Source of the DNA: Octopus sinensis
Lineage: Eukaryota
NCBI RefSeq assembly: GCF_006345805.1
Contig: NC_043013.1
Coordinates: 5,022,001 to 5,086,000, forward strand
DNA: 64,000 bases
Direction of reading: 5' to 3'
The translations under genes and the position numbers were made by a program. Shown piece after piece: positions 1-11,769 of this stretch. How positions within the stretch are numbered: position 1 is the stretch's first letter; the number at the start of each line of letters is the position of its first letter. Below the pieces are notes generated by a model. The model ran no database searches, was not told where the DNA came from, and worked only from the letters and a program-made list of their open reading frames with translations.

Positions 1-213
1 CTCTTATAATGGGCACTAATTTATGAGCAAGAACTTCGAATCCCTGCGGCCGCCCAGACTAGTTTACTCGACGGCCCTGTTTCACAGTATCTTGCTCAGT
101 ACTGCAATTAATACGAAAGTTTATACGAAAGTACAAATATCTGATTTAAATATATAAGTTACTATATGTTTAATGTAAAGATAACCAAATGTTCTGGAAA
201 ATCGATATTGTAC

Positions 214-295
<82 letters not shown>
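214..295. repeat. (TCTA)n microsatellite
   Basis: About 20 perfect tetranucleotide units. Confidence 0.95.
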
Positions 296-316
296 GTTTA
301 TAAATATATATTTAAA

Positions 317-630
317 GGGTTTGTAGTCGAACAAGTCAGCCCAGGTACTTATTTTAAGCTTGGTACTGTCTCGAAGACGTAAACAAACCAAAGCCGGTTG
401 TCAAGTAGTGCTCACAAACACATACACACACGCACATATGCGACGGGCTTCTTTCAGTTTCCGTCGACCAAATCCACTCACAAGGCTTTGGTCGGCCCAG
501 GGCTCCTACACACCGGTTGTGCGTATTCTTTATCTTCGCCGTAGAAGCCACTTGCCCAAGGTGCCAGGCCATGAGACCGAACCCAGGAGCCATGTGATTG
601 AAAATCAATCTTATCACACAGCCACGCCTA
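317..630 (-). mobile_element. SINE family A, diverged copy
   Basis: Reverse complement of the family A head and body (gggcttctttcagtttccgtc...cacttgcccaaggtgcca). Confidence 0.8.
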
Positions 631-1050
631 AAATACACACACACACACACTTATTCAATAGTATATATTATAGTTATAAGTAATAAAATGGTATTTTTGT
701 ATTTACATTATTGTGTTTTTCTCATCACATGTTATTTACAATAAACCACTGACTTTAACAGGTATTTTCTCACCTGGAATTACTCATTCTGTGTTAACTA
801 CCGTGCGAATTCACTGATTCGTTGTCGCCAGTTATTAGGTGTCATAATTTCTATTCGGGTCTCTATTGTTCACGAGTACCCTTTTGTGATTGGGGTCATC
901 GTTTGTTTAAACATGTTCAGATATTTCGGGCAGATACTCTTCTTCACTTGTATACATTACTGCCGAAATTGTTGCTTGTGTATGTGTGTGTACTTATGTA
1001 TATATGTATGTTTCTAGGCACGCATGTCCCTCTCTCTCATATATATTCTT

Positions 1051-1430
1051 TTACTCTTTTACTTGTTTGAGTCATTTGACTGTGGCCATACTGGAGCACC
1101 GTCTTTAGTCGCGCAAATCAACCCCAGGACTTATTCTTTGTAAGCCTAGTACTTATTCTATCGGACACTTTTGCCGAACCGCTAAGTTACGGGGACGTAA
1201 ACACACCAGCATCGGTTATCAAGCGATGTTGGGTTGACAAACACAGACACACATACATATATATATACATATATACGACGGGCTTCTTTCAGTTTCCGTC
1301 TACCAAATCCACTCACAAGGCTTTTGTCGGCTCGAGGCTATAGTAGAAGACACTTGCCCAAGGTGTCACGCAGTGGGACTGAACCCGGAACCATGTGGTT
1401 GGTAAGCAAGTTACTTACCACACATCCACA
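1051..1430 (-). mobile_element. SINE family A (tRNA-derived, CORE-like centre), near full length
   Basis: tRNA-like head with B box GGTTCAGTCCC, central caccttgggcaagtg resembling the CORE domain, (AAAAGAGT)n tail. About 20 copies or fragments in the window. Confidence 0.9.
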
Positions 1431-1447
1431 TATATACATAACTTTTA

Positions 1448-1700
1448 TTTTTTACTTGTTTCAATGATTGGACTGCAGCCATGCTGGGGTTCTGCCTTGA
1501 AAGAGTCAAATAAATCGACCTGTCATTCTATCGGGACAAACACATGCACACGAGCTTCTTTCAGTTTCCGTTTATCAGATCCACTTACAAGGCATTGATC
1601 GGTCCGGGAGGCAGAGGCCATAGTAGAAAACATTTGCCTAAGGTGCCACGCAGAGCGACTTGACCCGAAATTATGTGATTGGGAAGTAAGCTTCTTACAC
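1448..1700 (-). mobile_element. SINE family A, internally deleted older copy
   Basis: Tail, body and head segments recognisable. Confidence 0.75.
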
Positions 1701-1778
1701 ACACACACACATCTTTGTGAGTGTAATGAAATAATGTTTATATTAGACGGAAAAAATAACTGACGACAGAAAGGTATT

Positions 1779-2213
1779 CTGGCAGAAACGTTAGCACGCC
1801 GGGCGAAATGCGTAGCCGTATTTCGTCCGCCGTTACGTTCTGAGTTCAAATTCCGCCGAGGTCGACTTTAGCTTTCATCCTTTCGGGGTCAACAAATTAA
1901 ATACCAGTTACGCACTGGGGTCGATGTAATCGACTTAATCCCTTTGTCTGTCCCTTCTATGTTTAGCCCCTTGTGGGCAGTAAAGAAATAAGAAACGTTA
2001 GCACGCTGGGTGAAATGTTTAGCAGTATTTCGCCCGTCGCTACGTTCTGAGTTCAAATTCCGCCGAGGTCGACTTTGCCTTTCATCCTTTCGGGATCGAT
2101 AATTTAAGGACCAGTTAGGGACTGGTGTCGATGTAATCGGCTTAATACCTATGTTTGTCCTTGTTTGTCCCCTCTATGTTTAGCCCCTTGTGGGCAGTAA
2201 AGAAATAGGTATT
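1779..2213 (+). mobile_element. SINE family B, head-to-tail dimer
   Basis: Two ~210-nt units with B box GAGTTCAAATTCC, central gcctttcatcctttcggggtcgataaattaagtaccag (Meta-domain-like) and AAGAAATA tail. Confidence 0.9.
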
Positions 2214-2766
2214 CTGAAATGTGTCTATGTAAGAGTGTGTTTATGTGGTGTCCTGTACGTGTTTCTATCTGTAATTGTGTGCGTGTGTGGGTGTTTAAAA
2301 AAGATTAGGGAGATGGGTAAGAGACGAGGGAAGATCCTTTGGTATGTACGTAATTCCTGTGGCCCCCCGAAAGCCTTAGAGTAGAAAATAAATGCCATAG
2401 GAGATCAGGTTTTATGTATGTGTGGTTGTATACGTGTTGGTAGTTGTATGGCTGTGTGTGTGTGTGTGTGGTTGTATAGTTTGTGCGTTGTATATGCATG
2501 TGTATTTCTATATGTATGCGTAGTTGCATGTGGTTGTGTATGTGTGAATATGGTTGCAAGGCTATGTGTGTGTGTGTGTAGTTGGGGACAAGGAGGTTTA
2601 TAATACAATAGAAGTGACGTTAATCTTAGGAGTAGTAGTAGTGGTGGTGATGGTGGTGGTATCGGCAGAGGCAACAGCAGCCGCAGTAGTAGCAGTGGTT
2701 CCTGTGGAATGTTTGTGTTCCCTCTTAAGTATGTCACCCTAATTCCTCTCCCCCTTCTCCTATACA

Positions 2767-2801
<35 letters not shown>

Positions 2802-2907
2802 CCTGTGGCCAGTGTCACTGCCACCGCCGCCGCCACCAACACCTTTAGCTTTCCAACTGGAATGTTCTAAGGGCAATAATATCAAGCAGTGTACAAGTGA
2901 AAGGGGG

Positions 2908-2938
<31 letters not shown>

Positions 2939-3059
2939 GTGTCACTATGGTTATGTGTCACTGTGTGTGTGGACGGCGGTGCTCTGCCATTCTTTTGCAC
3001 CGAGAGGAATTCGTTCCCATTTATTTAACAAATTCCTTTCTCCAACCATTTTCTTACTC

Positions 3060-3264
3060 CCTACACCATTCTCTCTCTCTCCTTTTATTTTCCCACTTCT
3101 CTATCTTCTCCCTCTCGTGCTCTCTTTTTCTCTCCTTATCTCTCTCTCTCCCTACATTTATCCATCCATCTCTCTATCTATCCATCTCTCTATCTATCCA
3201 TCTATCCATCTCTCTATCTATCTATCTATCTCTATCTATCTATCTATCCATCTATCCATCTATC

Positions 3265-3339
<75 letters not shown>

Positions 3340-3510
3340 CATCTCTATCTATCCATCTCTCTATCCATCCATCTATCTATTTATCTTCTATGCTTTCTCT
3401 TTCTGTCCCTTTTCTTTCATCTTCCTCTTCTCCCTCGCCCCTTTACTCCCTCTTTCTCCCTTTCTTCTCACCACCCCTTCCTTCAACCGTCTCTCTCTCT
3501 CTCTCTCTTC
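3060..3510. repeat. Compound (CT)n/(TCTA)n/(TCCA)n tract
   Basis: Directly visible low-complexity sequence. Confidence 0.9.
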
Positions 3511-3744
3511 TCTGGCTACCATTGGATTTAGAAAGAAAATACTGGAGCTGAATATATATAACGAGGAAATTCTTTCAACATCTGCGTGCATCGTGTATGT
3601 GTGTGTGTTCGCACGCGCAAATGAGAGAGAAGAATATATTTTTCCTTGAAAATCTGTTCATTCATTGAAAATTGAGACTTCACTCGTCCACTGCTATAAC
3701 TACTGCCCTGTTAAGGGTTTGTGTTTTACGCGTTTGGAGTAAGT
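3510..3744 (+). promoter_or_regulatory. Possible TSS region and non-coding first exon ending at GTAAGT (3739-3744)
   Basis: Non-repetitive, relatively CpG-retaining island after a long CT/TCTA tract, ending in a consensus donor. The phase-0 frame has stops, so it would be 5' UTR. Confidence 0.3.
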
Positions 3745-4237
3745 GACGCTGGGGCCGTACGTCTCACTTTTGAAATGAATAGGATGTGTATATATATATG
3801 CTTAGAGTGTTATCCGGCATACGACGGGTAATTCCTTTAGTATATGTTTGCCAGCATGAGTTTAACATGGCATACATGTAACTAATTAAAATCTTTTATC
3901 AAATTTCTTGGCGCTTATTGTTCAAAAATGATAAAATAAATAATAATTTTGAAAGAAAAATATTACCTTAGAATGAATTTAAACAAATTTCTCATTCATA
4001 TAACAGGCCTATTTCCTTGTCACCGTTCTCCTCCCTTCCTCCTCCTCCTCATCATCATCATCGTCATCTCCTCCCTTCCACCTCCTCATCATCATCATCC
4101 TCATCCGTCTCAATGATTCTTTCTCACTCAGTGTGTGTGTGTGTGTAGTGTTCATTTACTCATTGCCTGCCATCAAACTTAGTATGTGCACCGCTTATGT
4201 TAACTCTTCGTGTCTCACTTTCTCTCTCTCTCTCTTA

Positions 4238-4272
<35 letters not shown>

Positions 4273-4274
<2 letters not shown>

Positions 4275-4648
4275 CGTAGAAGTGGCTGTGTGGTAAGTAG
4301 CTTGCTTACCGAACACATGGTTCCGGCTTCAGTCCCACTGCGTGGCACCTTGGGCAAGTGTCTTCTATAGCCTCGGGTCGACCAAAGCCTTGAGAGTGGA
4401 TTTGGTAGACGGAAACTGAAAGAAGCCAGTCGTATATATGTATATATATATGTGTGTGTCTGTGTTTGTCCCCCAAGCATTGCTTGACAACCGATGCTGG
4501 TGTGTTTACGTGCCCATAACTTAGCGGTTCGGCAAAAGAGACCGATAGAATAAGTACTAGGCTTACAATAAGTCCTGGGGTCGATTTGTTTGACTAAAGG
4601 CGGTGCTCCAGCATGGCCGCAGTCAAAATGACTGAAGAGTAAAAGAGT
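4273..4648 (+). mobile_element. SINE family A, full length (duplicate 1)
   Basis: Complete from head ggcgtagaagtggctgtgtgg to tail aaaagagt. Confidence 0.9.
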
Positions 4649-4938
4649 ATATATATATATATATATATATATATGATATAAAAGCATGGCTGAAGAAATG
4701 AAGCAACCAGCCAACATTTTTTTACTGGTTATTACACACGCTTACAGACATATAGATAGATATACATGGAATACGTACGTGTGTGTGTGTGTGTGTAGTG
4801 TTCATTTACTCATTGCCTGCCATCAAACTTAGTATGTGCACCGCTTATGTTAACTCTTCGTGTCTCACTTTCTCTCTCTCTCTCTTACTTTCTCTCTCTC
4901 TCTCTCTCTTACTTTCTCTCTCTCTCTCTCTCTCTCTC

Positions 4939-5312
4939 GGCGTAGAAGTGGCTGTGTGGTAAGTAGCTTGCTTACCGAACACATGGTTCCGGCTTCAGTC
5001 CCACTGCGTGGCACCTTGGGCAAGTGTCTTCTATAGCCTCGGGTCGACCAAAGCCTTGAGAGTGGATTTGGTAGACGGAAACTGAAAGAAGCCAGTCGTA
5101 TATATGTATATATATATGTGTGTGTCTGTGTTTGTCCCCCAAGCATTGCTTGACAACCGATGCTGGTGTGTTTACGTGCCCATAACTTAGCGGTTCGGCA
5201 AAAGAGACCGATAGAATAAGTACTAGGCTTACAATAAGTCCTGGGGTCGATTTGTTTGACTAAAGGCGGTGCTCCAGCATGGCCGCAGTCAAAATGACTG
5301 AAGAGTAAAAGA

Positions 5313-5314
<2 letters not shown>
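4939..5314 (+). mobile_element. SINE family A, full length (duplicate 2)
   Basis: Appears identical to 4273-4648. Confidence 0.9.
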
Positions 5315-5347
<33 letters not shown>

Positions 5348-5637
5348 ATAAAAGCATGGCTGAAGAAATGAAGCAACCAGCCAACATTTTTTTACTGGTT
5401 ATTACACACGCTTACAGACATATAGATAGATATACATGGAATACGTACGTGTGTGTGTGTGTGTGTATTTGATCAGTATTTAATGTCTGTGGCCACAATC
5501 TGGAATAGTGATTAGTCACTGCAGCAGAAACGCGTATAGGTCATTATAATATGATGTATAAGATAATAAGATAAATTTTGTCGCTGTACAAATCTCCATA
5601 CACTTTATAATTAATAATAATAATTATTTATATATTA

Positions 5638-5850
5638 TTGTGTCTGGCGAGAGTCATTCCCTTTTAGTGCCTTAACACACACACTGGTAAAATTTCCACT
5701 CATTTACTTATTTATGTGGAAACTTTACTGGTGAGTGTGTTAAATTATAAGGCCCTAAAACAGAATGACTCCCCCCCCCAGACACAACAAAATATGCTTC
5801 AACACACAAACTCACGTAAAGAATCTTGCAAACCAAATCCAAAAACAAAG
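5638..5850. repeat. Palindromic dispersed repeat; second, internally deleted copy inverted at 15473-15622
   Basis: ttgtgtctgg..gagtcattc...ttccac mirrored by gtggaa...gaatgactc..ccagacacaa. The tail gaatcttgcaaaccaaatccaaaaac recurs reverse-complemented near 15480. Confidence 0.8.
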
Positions 5851-5872
5851 TGTGTGTATATATATATATATA

Positions 5873-6035
5873 ACGGGAAGGTTTACGAAAATAAACAAAA
5901 GACGAAGGCAGGTGGAGTACAAACAAACAAATGTATTAGTATGGCACTCAGGAATAGAAATAAAACAAGTCTTTTACGTTTCGAGCCTACGCTCTTTGAC
6001 AGAAAGATACACAGAAAAGAAACAAGGAGAGAAAC
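5873..6035 (-). mobile_element. Short (TA)n-associated element with a hammerhead-like motif (Penelope-like terminal repeat fragment)
   Basis: Homologous to 30520-30710 (+) and 42250-42410 (-). Confidence 0.65.
5970..6007 (-). ncRNA. Minimal type I hammerhead-ribozyme-like motif, variant core
   Basis: Minus strand reads UCUUU-CUGUCAA-A-GAGC-GUAG-GCUC-GAAA-C-GUA-AAAGA. Confidence 0.55.
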
Positions 6036-6079
6036 ACATATACACACATAAATTGCATATAGATAGGTAAATATCACTT

Positions 6080-6250
6080 GATGCCCATTTTCCATGTTGG
6101 CATGGGCTGAATGGTCTGACAAAGTCAATGAGCTACAGGATACATCAAGCCCCACCGTCTGCTTTGCTGTGGTTTCAACAGCTGGATGCCCTTCCTAACA
6201 CCAACCACTTAACAGAGTGCACTGGGTGTTGTTTCATGTGGCCCCAACAT
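6080..6250 (-). mobile_element. Repeat family C (SINE/RTE-type 3' tail), partial
   Basis: ccatgttggcatggg...ctggatgcccttcctaacaccaaccac. Confidence 0.75.
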
Positions 6251-6419
6251 TAGTAACTCACAAGATACCTCAACTGAGGCAAGAGTTGTATTGTGGGAGG
6301 TGGTTTTATATCATGTGATGAGAGGAACAAAAGCTGGTGTGTTGCAGTGGAGGAGATGGTGGCAAAGAGGTGTCAGGAAATACCATTTATGGATGCTCAG
6401 GCCGCCCCGAGTGGCTTCC

Positions 6420-6652
6420 ATGCCGGTGGCACGTAAAAAGCACCATCCGATCGTGGCCGTTTGCCAGCCTCGTCTGGCACGTAAAAAGCATCCACTACAC
6501 TCATGGAGTGGTTGGCATTAGGAAGGGCATCCAGCCGTAGAAACATTGCCAGATCAGACTGGGCCTAGTGCAGCCTTCTGGCTTCCCAGACCCCAGTTGA
6601 ACCGTCCAACCCATGCCAGCATGGAAAGCGGATGCTAAACGATGATGATGAT
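6420..6652 (+). mobile_element. Repeat family C ending in (GAT)n
   Basis: gtggttggcattaggaagggcatccagc...aacccatgccagcatggaaagcgga..aaacgatgatgatg; many copies in the window. Confidence 0.85.
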
Positions 6653-6902
6653 GGAACTGGATGGGTGAATATCAGCGGACCAGAGAAATGAGCTGTGTGA
6701 AAGAGAAGGTGAGAGGCAAGTGGCAGATGGATTGAGATGCAGATAGAGGGTATCACAGTGAACGGTAAATGCAAATAGTGGAAGACTTTTAATGCCCTTC
6801 ATGGATGGTTTGACAGAATCCAACCATCCAGAGGATTGCATTGAACTCCAATATCAGTTTTAGCATGGTTTCGATGATTGGATGCCCTTCCTAATAAATA
6901 CA

Positions 6903-7063
6903 ATGGGCTTCTTTCAGTTTCCATCTACCATATCTACTCACAAGGCTTTCATTTGCCTGGAGGTATAGTAGAAAAAATACTTGTCTATGGTACCACAGAG
7001 TGGAACTGAACCTGAAACGTTGTGGTTGCAAAACAAACTTCTTAACCACACAGCCATGGCTGC
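6903..7063 (-). mobile_element. SINE family A, 5' half
   Basis: gggcttctttcagtttcc...ccacacagccat. Confidence 0.75.
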
Positions 7064-7430
7064 ATCTAGTTTATTCTATTTTATTTTTAATCATTTATTT
7101 TGTTATTGTAGCAATTTATTTCTTTAAAGCGTAAAATTATCAACAATTAAATAAATGTTATATTTCCATTCTGTGGCGGTCGATTGAACCTGAGAGTATC
7201 GATTGGTATTTAAGAACCATAATCATTCCAGTTTAACTTGGTACTTTGGAGAGAAAGAGAGAAAGAGAAAGCATCCCTCTCACACACTCTCTCTCTCTCT
7301 TACCTTCTGTCTCTCTCTCCCTCCCTCTTCCTCTCTATCCATCGATCTTTCTCTCTCTCTCGACCTTGTAACTTGATGAGCTACTCAGTAATTTCGAAAT
7401 ACAAACCACAAAGCAAAGGTGAATCGAAAA

Positions 7431-7465
<35 letters not shown>

Positions 7466-7717
7466 TCAAAAACTGCAGCAATGCTGCTACTCTCCCTCTC
7501 GCCTCCTTCACACATCACTTTTCAGCCTCGTTTGATTGTTACATGACTCTCCTGATTTTTGGTTATTGATTTTTTTTTTTGTTGTATGTGTGTGTGTGTC
7601 TGTGTGTATTTAAGGCCTTACCTCTGTGTGTGTGTGTGTGTGTAAGTGTGCCTGTCTGTCTCATATTTTTAAGAGCATGTGTAGAAAGTTCATTTGGGTG
7701 TGTATATAAACTTGTTT

Positions 7718-7748
<31 letters not shown>

Positions 7749-7787
7749 GGGAATGTAATTAAATGTTCTGTGTGTATAACTTGTGTT

Positions 7788-7829
<42 letters not shown>

Positions 7830-8177
7830 TTCCTCACATGTGTAAGTACGTGTTATGTGTGTGTATATGTTTGAGTGTGTGTATATATGTGCGTGTTTTA
7901 AGCGTGTGCATCTAAAAGTGTGTGTGCGTTCTTTTTAAATGCATACACCTTTGTGTGTGTTTGCGATTGTACAGGTGCACCCACGTGCACTTGATGTTGC
8001 GAAAGATGCAGTTTGTCAGAAACAAAGAACCAGTTAATTTATGTGTAATTAACCATACAATTAATCGATACTATTTTGATTCTTTTAACAAAAGAACAGC
8101 AGCAGCAGGAATAATGATAATGATAACGATGATGATGATGATAATAATGATAATAATAATAATAATAATAAAGATAT

Positions 8178-8385
8178 GTTTCTTTATTACCCACAAGGGG
8201 CTAAACATAGAGGGGATAAACAAGGACAGACAAACGAATTAAGTCGATTACATCAACCCCAGTGCATAACTGGTACTTAATTTATCGACCCTGACAGGAT
8301 GAAAAGCAAAGTCGACCTCAGAATTTGAACTCAGAACGTAACGGCAGACGAAATACGGCTACGCATTTCGCCTGGCGTTAATGGC
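8178..8385 (-). mobile_element. SINE family B inside an (AAT/GAT)n tract
   Basis: Reverse complement of the unit at 1779. Confidence 0.85.
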
Positions 8386-8989
8386 TCTGCCTGCTCAATG
8401 ATGATGATAAGGTTGGCACAAAACCAGCAGTTTTGTGGGAGTGAGGAAGCTGAATACATCAACTCCTGTACTTGACTGGGACTTTGTGGTTTTTTTGTTT
8501 TATTGACCCCCACAGGGGTGAAAAACAAAATTGGCCTCCACAGGATTTGAACTCGGAGCTTAAAGGAATACCATTAACTATTTTGTTCCCAATGCTAACA
8601 ATTCTGCCAGTTTGCCATCTTAATAATGATAATAATCATTTCTACTATAGGTCTTCTGCCTATACTTATTGAGCTTTACCATTCAGATTACCTAATCAAG
8701 CATTATCTCATAGCTTTGAGATTTTGATGATGTGATCACTTATTTTCAGAATGACATTATAGCATAGGTGTAAGAGACCAGATCTGACTGGTTTGATCCT
8801 AGAACAGGAAGAATATTATGGCTGGTTCAAATACTAAACGGTTAAAACTATGTTTAGAAATACCATTCTGATGATTATTTTTCTTAAGTTCTAATGTCCA
8901 TCTTTCCGTCATAATTAAATGAAACCAAATCTTCTGATGGTTTTTCTCTTAATCCCACCCCCCTCAACTTTCTTGCGCCATAAATATTG

Positions 8990-9385
8990 TTAGCCATTTT
9001 TAAAAACCTTATTCACGTTGAAATACATTGATTTTGTTGCAATCAGTTTTGAAAATAATGAAGAATTTATTCATTATTAAACTATTCTTTGGATCATAAA
9101 TTAACGAGAAATTTTGATGCAACTTTTTAATTTAGATAACTTTAACCCTGTTGTTACCATATCCCTGGCAAAATACACTGCCTTTATTTCAATTAATTCT
9201 TGAAAATAGCAAAGAAGTTAGTTATGTAATATTGTCATTATTAAGCTGTTGCCTGGAATATAAATTAACAAGAAATGTTGATGGAATGTTTTAATTTAGA
9301 TAACTTTAAAGCAGGAAGTTTGTACCACAGAACTTGGGGTGGCTTTGGGTGGTTTGGTATCAAAAGGGATAGATATAAGGGTTAA
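8990..9385 (+). mobile_element. TTAA-flanked piggyBac-like MITE, nested in an older copy of itself
   Basis: TTAA|CCCTGTTGTTACC at 9142-9158 and GGTATCAAAAGGG ending at 9368. The preceding ~150 nt repeat the same internal sequence. Confidence 0.65.
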
Positions 9386-9589
9386 ATATTTAATAATAAT
9401 TTAATGATATTATTATTAAAATAGCCATCTCTGTATCATTTTAAAGATTTGAAACACAGTAAGTCCATCAGAGATGTTATCTCAGGCCAATTACTGCAGT
9501 ATCTGTCCTATCAACTCTGTGTATACATTTAGTATGATACATAGATGGCTTATTTTAATCTAATAGTGCTTCAGTTGCATAGACTGGAT

Positions 9590-9798
9590 TCAGCCTCGCC
9601 TGGCACCTGTGCCGGTGGCACGTAAAAAGCACCCACTACACTCACGGAGTGGTTGGCGTTGGGAAGGGCATCCAGCTGTAGAAACACTGCCAGACCAGAC
9701 TGGAGCCTGGTGCAGCCTTCTGGCTTCCCAGATCCCCTGTCGAACCATCCAACCTATGCTAGCATGGAGAACGGACGTTAAACGATGAACGATGATAA
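9590..9798 (+). mobile_element. Repeat family C
   Basis: Same sequence as 6420-6652. Confidence 0.85.
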
Positions 9799-9891
9799 TA
9801 TCTTTGAATTAATAATTAACGATAAATAATTAAACAATAACTTGTTTAACACTTATTTTGTTAAACATAAATAATTTGGTAATATTTATAT

Positions 9892-10082
9892 TGGTTTCAA
9901 ATGTTGGTGCAAAGCCAGCAGTTTTGGGGGAGGGGTGGGGGAGAATCAATTATATCGGCTCTTAGTACTCAACTGGTATTTATCTTATCAACCCCAAAAG
10001 AATGAAAGGCAAAGTCAACCTCAGCAGAATATGAACTCAGAATGTAAAGACGGACAAAATGCTAACATTTCTACCAGCCTGC
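9892..10082 (-). mobile_element. SINE family B, older subfamily
   Basis: aactggta..ttatcaacccc..gaatgaaaggcaaagtcaacctc..gaactcagaa. Confidence 0.75.
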
Positions 10083-10414
10083 TACCTTACTTTAGCAATA
10101 TTTGTTGTTAAATATAAGGTCAGTAAGTTGTTAAACATGGAGTGTACTGTTAGATGTTTGGTGAATAAAATGTTAAACATGTATACTGCTGAGAAGCATA
10201 GAGTGGATAAAGTGAATTATGCATGTAACATACTGATGTTATGTATATGGTGGGTATAATAAGAAACCTGTAGTGTATTGCAGTTAGATATATGCTGAAT
10301 GTAGTGAATCAAACATGTTCTTAGGGTGGTTAGATATATTGTGAGTGTAGTGTTTAACAAATAGTGTATTATTTGATACATGGTGAATTAAACATATAGC
10401 ATACTACAGTTCTA

Positions 10415-10463
10415 TATTCTGATGAAGGCAGGAGGGTATATCAGCCGAAACATTGTGTTAACA
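10415..10463 (+). ncRNA. Minimal type I hammerhead-like motif with intact CUGAUGA and GAAA core
   Basis: UAUU-CUGAUGA-A-GGCAG-GAGGGUAUAU-CAGCC-GAAA-C-AUUGU-GUU-AACA. Confidence 0.6.
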
Positions 10464-10635
10464 ACAAATAAGATGAGGGCAAATATCCGTCAATTGTAAA
10501 TAATGTAAATAATGTATATAACATGCTATTGTTAACATATATGTTGAATGCAGTGAATTAAACATGTAGCATAGTGTTGTTGTTAGATGAATGGTGAATA
10601 TAATGTACTAACCATTTGTTGTTGTTTATTTTCAG

Positions 10636-10734
10636 AAAACATGTGACCCACAGAAATTGACATTAAGTCAGATGTTTGACATGGCAGGCACAGGTTATGA
10701 CGGTCCACACCTTCAATGTGTTGACGACAATGAT
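10636..10734 (+). CDS. RASGEF1: Probable first coding exon of RasGEF1-family gene (KTCDPQKLTLSQMFDMAGTGYDGPHLQCVDDND); in-frame ATGs at 10672 and 10681
   Basis: Acceptor tttattttcAG ends at 10635, donor GTAAGT starts at 10735. 99 nt, open in the frame that joins the next exon at phase 0. No recognisable homology, so support is splice signals plus frame. Confidence 0.65.
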
Positions 10735-11738
10735 GTAAGTTATTTTGTTTTCAGTATGTCTGTAGATGAAAGCATGAGTGTGTTGGTTAAGAGACTCACT
10801 TTGCAAACATGTGCTTTGGGGGTTCAGTTCAACTGCACAGCACCTTGGGCAAGTGTCTTCTACTTTATCCCCAGTGGTAGTGGTGGTGGTGGTAATGGTA
10901 GTTGTGGCGGTTATGTTAGTAGTGGTTTTGCAATGGTGGTGGTGGTAGTGACGGTGTTGTCACAGGTGATGATGACGATGATGATAACGACAGTGTATTT
11001 AGGTCTACATCATCCAAAGTGTCCTTTCCTGTTTCTAAGATGCTACAATACAATATTATGATGATTTAGCTGTTGTTTCTAGCAAAATGAGTGAACCCCA
11101 CCACCACTACCTCATTTTACAAGCTTGCTTGTTATCTTACCATCTCCACCGTAAACCTGAGCACTGTAATTAGCACGGAAATTGCATCTTCAAAGAACGT
11201 ACCAAAGTGAATTTCAATAGAAAGTTATATATAGAGGGCAGTTCAATCACATTCCATTACTGTGAGTCATCGGGGGAGGGGGGAGATGGCGGTGCGTGTG
11301 TGCATATACCAGTGCATGTGTTCCCTCTCCCCACACTCTACACACTTATGAATGCACACATATATATTTATAGATATATATACATATGTACAGGTACAAT
11401 ATGTATGAATTCATAACTATTGATTAGTTTTTAGATATGACTAGACAAGAAAGATATTTTGTACATATGCAGATATATATCACACAACCACACACACACA
11501 TGCACACACAGTCAAATATATATATACATATTTATGTATGTATGTATGTGTGTATACTTGTATGTATGAGTAAAGACTTAATGTTCACTGCATATAGTAC
11601 AATATATGTGTACATCTAATACAGAAATATATATTCATATATATATATATACATACATACATTTATACACATGCACATACATGCTCACACAAGTACATGG
11701 AGTTTCTCATGTATATTTTTTATACATTTGTACACTGC

Positions 11739-11769
<31 letters not shown>

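Larger units (their letters stand above)
4131..5466. repeat. Near-perfect tandem duplication of a 650-670 bp unit containing a SINE A
   Basis: agtgttcatttactc at 4147 and 4797; atacgtacgt at 4771 and 5441. Visible differences are confined to microsatellite lengths. Confidence 0.95.

Noticed and set aside
905-955. Minus-strand GUGAAGA-A-GAGU..GCCC-GAAA hammerhead-like string
   Set aside because: The core and both stems are too degenerate to support from one copy.
10735-11061. Continuation of ORF 10657-11061
   Set aside because: Beyond the GTAAGT donor it runs through a SINE head and (GGT)n/(GAT)n repeats.
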